DNA of 21,082 nucleotides from a virus (Duplodnaviria; Heunggongvirae; Uroviricota; Caudoviricetes): IMG/VR virus record IMGVR_UViG_2879759574_000006; one strand, 5' to 3'. Shown piece by piece: positions 19,757 to 21,082 of this stretch (position 1 is its first letter; each line of letters starts with the position of its first letter). The notes under the pieces were generated by a model. It saw only the letters and a program-made list of their open reading frames with translations, ran no database searches and was not told where the DNA came from. The position numbers and the translations under genes were made by a program.

Positions 19757-20479
19757 TATTAGCTCCTTCTGATGCCATTCTATTTCAGGAAGGAGTGTCC
19801 GTTAAACTCAGGCTACCTCAGACATACAACTGCATCAGGGAGGCAGCAGATCAACTTCCGGCATGGTTCCCATTAGCTATGGATTTAGCCCTTGTAACAG
19901 GACAACGTCGCGAAGACATAACGAATATGCGGTTCAGTGATATTTATGATGATCGTCTCCACATCAGGCAAATTAAGACAGGAATGATGATTGCTATCCC
20001 CCTGTCACTCAGCCTTCCTGTCGCTGGTTTACGACTTGGTGCAGTAGTTGAACAGTGCCGCATGGTAAGTAGGGGGATTATCTAATCAGTGCCGGGATTA
20101 GAAAAAACAGCCCTGACGGCAGCATTCACCCGGACGGCCTGACAAAGAAATTTGTCGCAGCCAGAAAATTAACAGGTATCCAGTTCAGTGAAAACCCACC
20201 AACTTTTCACGAAGTCAGAAGCCTGGCTGGACGATTGTACAAAGAAACATGTGGAGAAGAATTTGCTCAGCGTCTACTTGGCCACACATCGGAGAAGACA
20301 ACAAAAATGTATCTTGATGAGAGAGAAAAAACGTACTTACTGCTCTGATTTTAACGTAAATGGATTGTTAAATGTATTTTGGTTGTGATATAACCAAAAA
20401 AGACCGGAATACAGAAATTCGAGTAAATTTCGGGGAATTTCGGGGAGACATTTGCAACTAATTGATTTCAAATGCAATT

Positions 20480-20505
20480 AAAAAAAGACCGAATACGATT
20501 CCTGT
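20480..20505. repeat. right copy of island-flanking direct repeat (attR-like core), coincident with the sdsR terminator
   Basis: aaaaaaagaccgaatacgattcctgt; partner at 1068..1094. Confidence 0.5.
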
Positions 20506-20582
20506 ATTCGGTCCAGAGAAATGGCTCTTGGGAGAGAGCCGTGCGCTAAAAGTTGGCATTAATGCAGGCTTAGTTGCCTTGC
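20480..20582 (-). ncRNA. sdsR: small RNA SdsR (RyeB)
   Basis: Reverse complement reads GCAAGGCAACUAAGCCUGCAUUAAUGCCAACUUUUAGCGCACGGCUCUCUCCCAAGAGCCAUUUCUCUGGACCGAAUACAGGAAUCGUAUUCGGUCUUUUUUU, matching SdsR as I remember it; ends in a perfect 10-bp terminator stem plus U7. Confidence 0.75.
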
Positions 20583-20587
20583 CCTTT

Positions 20588-20596
20588 AAGAATAGA
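20588..20596 (-). promoter_or_regulatory. candidate sigma-S-type -10 element of the sdsR promoter
   Basis: Minus strand reads TCTATTCTT six nt upstream of the inferred sdsR 5' end, resembling the extended sigma-S -10 consensus (TCTATACTT); sdsR is known to be RpoS-dependent. Confidence 0.45.
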
Positions 20597-20674
20597 TGAC
20601 GACGCCAGGTTTTCCAGTTTGCGTGCAAAATGGTCAATAAAAAGCGTGGTGGTCATCAGCTGAAATGTTAAAAA

Positions 20675-20711
20675 CCGCCCGTTCTGGTGAAAGAACTGAG
20701 GCGGTTTTTTT
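20675..20711 (+). terminator. bidirectional rho-independent terminator (RyeA on plus, yebY on minus)
   Basis: ccgcccgttc...gaactgaggcgg stem followed by TTTTTTT (20705-20711) and preceded by AAAAA (20670-20674), 30 nt downstream of the yebY stop. Confidence 0.55.
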
Positions 20712-20740
20712 ATTGGAAATCAAAAGGCTATTTTAGGTAA

Positions 20741-21082
20741 TTAACAGAGTTTTTCAGCTCGTTCTATAAACGGTGCCAGACTCATTTTTTCGCCGGGATT
20801 GTTAGGATCATCAATCTGAATCACCGAAATGGGTTGGGCATTGGTCTTCCCACTGGCAACTTCCTTTTGTGCGATATCGTTTAAAGGATACTGCACGAGG
20901 GTACTCGGATTAATAACATACAAAGCATTACCCGGTCGGCAAGTCAGCATCACCTCTTCGCGATTAAACGCCCATTTGTCTTTACCCACTTCAAAACGAC
21001 TGACGGTAATCACCTGCGGTGCAGCCAGCGCCGCTGCAGAACTGGTGAGTAACAGAAACGCCAGAATACTTTTTTTCATCAT
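20741..21082 (-). CDS. yebY: DUF2511-family secreted protein YebY (113 aa, signal peptide)
   Basis: Complete ORF ending exactly at the window edge; N-terminal [20 protein letters not shown] signal-peptide-like segment; matches E. coli YebY as I recall it and the pphA-sRNA-yebY synteny. Confidence 0.85.
   Translation of the reverse strand: MMKKSILAFLLLTSSAAALAAPQVITVSRFEVGKDKWAFNREEVMLTCRPGNALYVINPSTLVQYPLNDIAQKEVASGKTNAQPISVIQIDDPNNPGEKMSLAPFIERAEKLC

Larger units (their letters stand above)
18557..19820 (-). mobile_element. IS600-like IS3-family insertion sequence (1264 bp), simple insertion in int
   Basis: Terminal repeats TGAGGTGTACTGGCAATAGCGGACAC (18557) and TGAGGTAGCCTGAGTTTAACGGACAC (reverse complement ending 19820); flanked by a 3-bp direct repeat gac (18554-18556 and 19821-19823); intact orfA and orfB with an A7G slippery site near 19500. 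Confidence 0.85.
18117..20348 (+). pseudogene. int: lambda-family tyrosine integrase gene, inactivated (N-terminal truncation, IS600 insertion, frameshift)
   Basis: Segments align with lambda Int: ...WIERYKTIL..., ...AWFPLAMDLALVTGQRREDITNMRFSDI...IRQIKTGMMIAIP..., ...ENPPTFHEVRSLAGRLY...LLGHTSEKTTKMYLD; about 60 N-terminal codons are missing at the IS911 junction; IS600 is inserted at 18557..19820; frame breaks near 20083-20088. Confidence 0.8.
20460..20711 (+). ncRNA. ryeA: antisense small RNA RyeA (SraC), boundaries approximate
   Basis: Known to be encoded opposite sdsR; the plus-strand terminator at 20675-20711 fits its 3' end; the 5' end and promoter cannot be fixed by eye and may lie in island-derived sequence. 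Confidence 0.35.

Noticed and set aside
20188-20388. 66-aa plus-strand ORF near the island right end
   Set aside because: It is an out-of-frame read through the integrase C-terminal region; the in-frame translation (…PPTFHEVRSLAGRLY…LLGHTSEKTTKMYLD) is the real coding sequence.

Overview
Enterobacterial (Shigella/E. coli-type) chromosomal segment. Core genes yebW and pphA (left) and yebY (right) bracket a ~19.4 kb accessory island (about 1068..20505) inserted at the sdsR/ryeA small-RNA locus and flanked by an imperfect 26-27 bp direct repeat. The island is a decayed lambdoid prophage. It carries an intact IpaH-family E3 ubiquitin-ligase effector gene behind a perfect MxiE box, degraded tail-fibre genes, and a lambda-type integrase inactivated three ways. 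It is saturated with insertion sequences: three copies of one IS66-family element (one intact; two share a nonsense mutation in tnpC and one of those is truncated), a remnant of a second IS66-family element, a frameshifted IS110-family recombinase gene, IS911-like and IS600-like elements, and an orphan IS600 end. Between the IS110 remnant and the IS600 fragment lies a four-gene, apparently coupled operon of unrecognised, mostly acidic proteins; this is my best candidate for an undescribed function. No BLAST or HMM search was possible, so all names rest on motifs and on protein or DNA sequences I recognise from memory, and coordinates of non-coding features are hand-counted.
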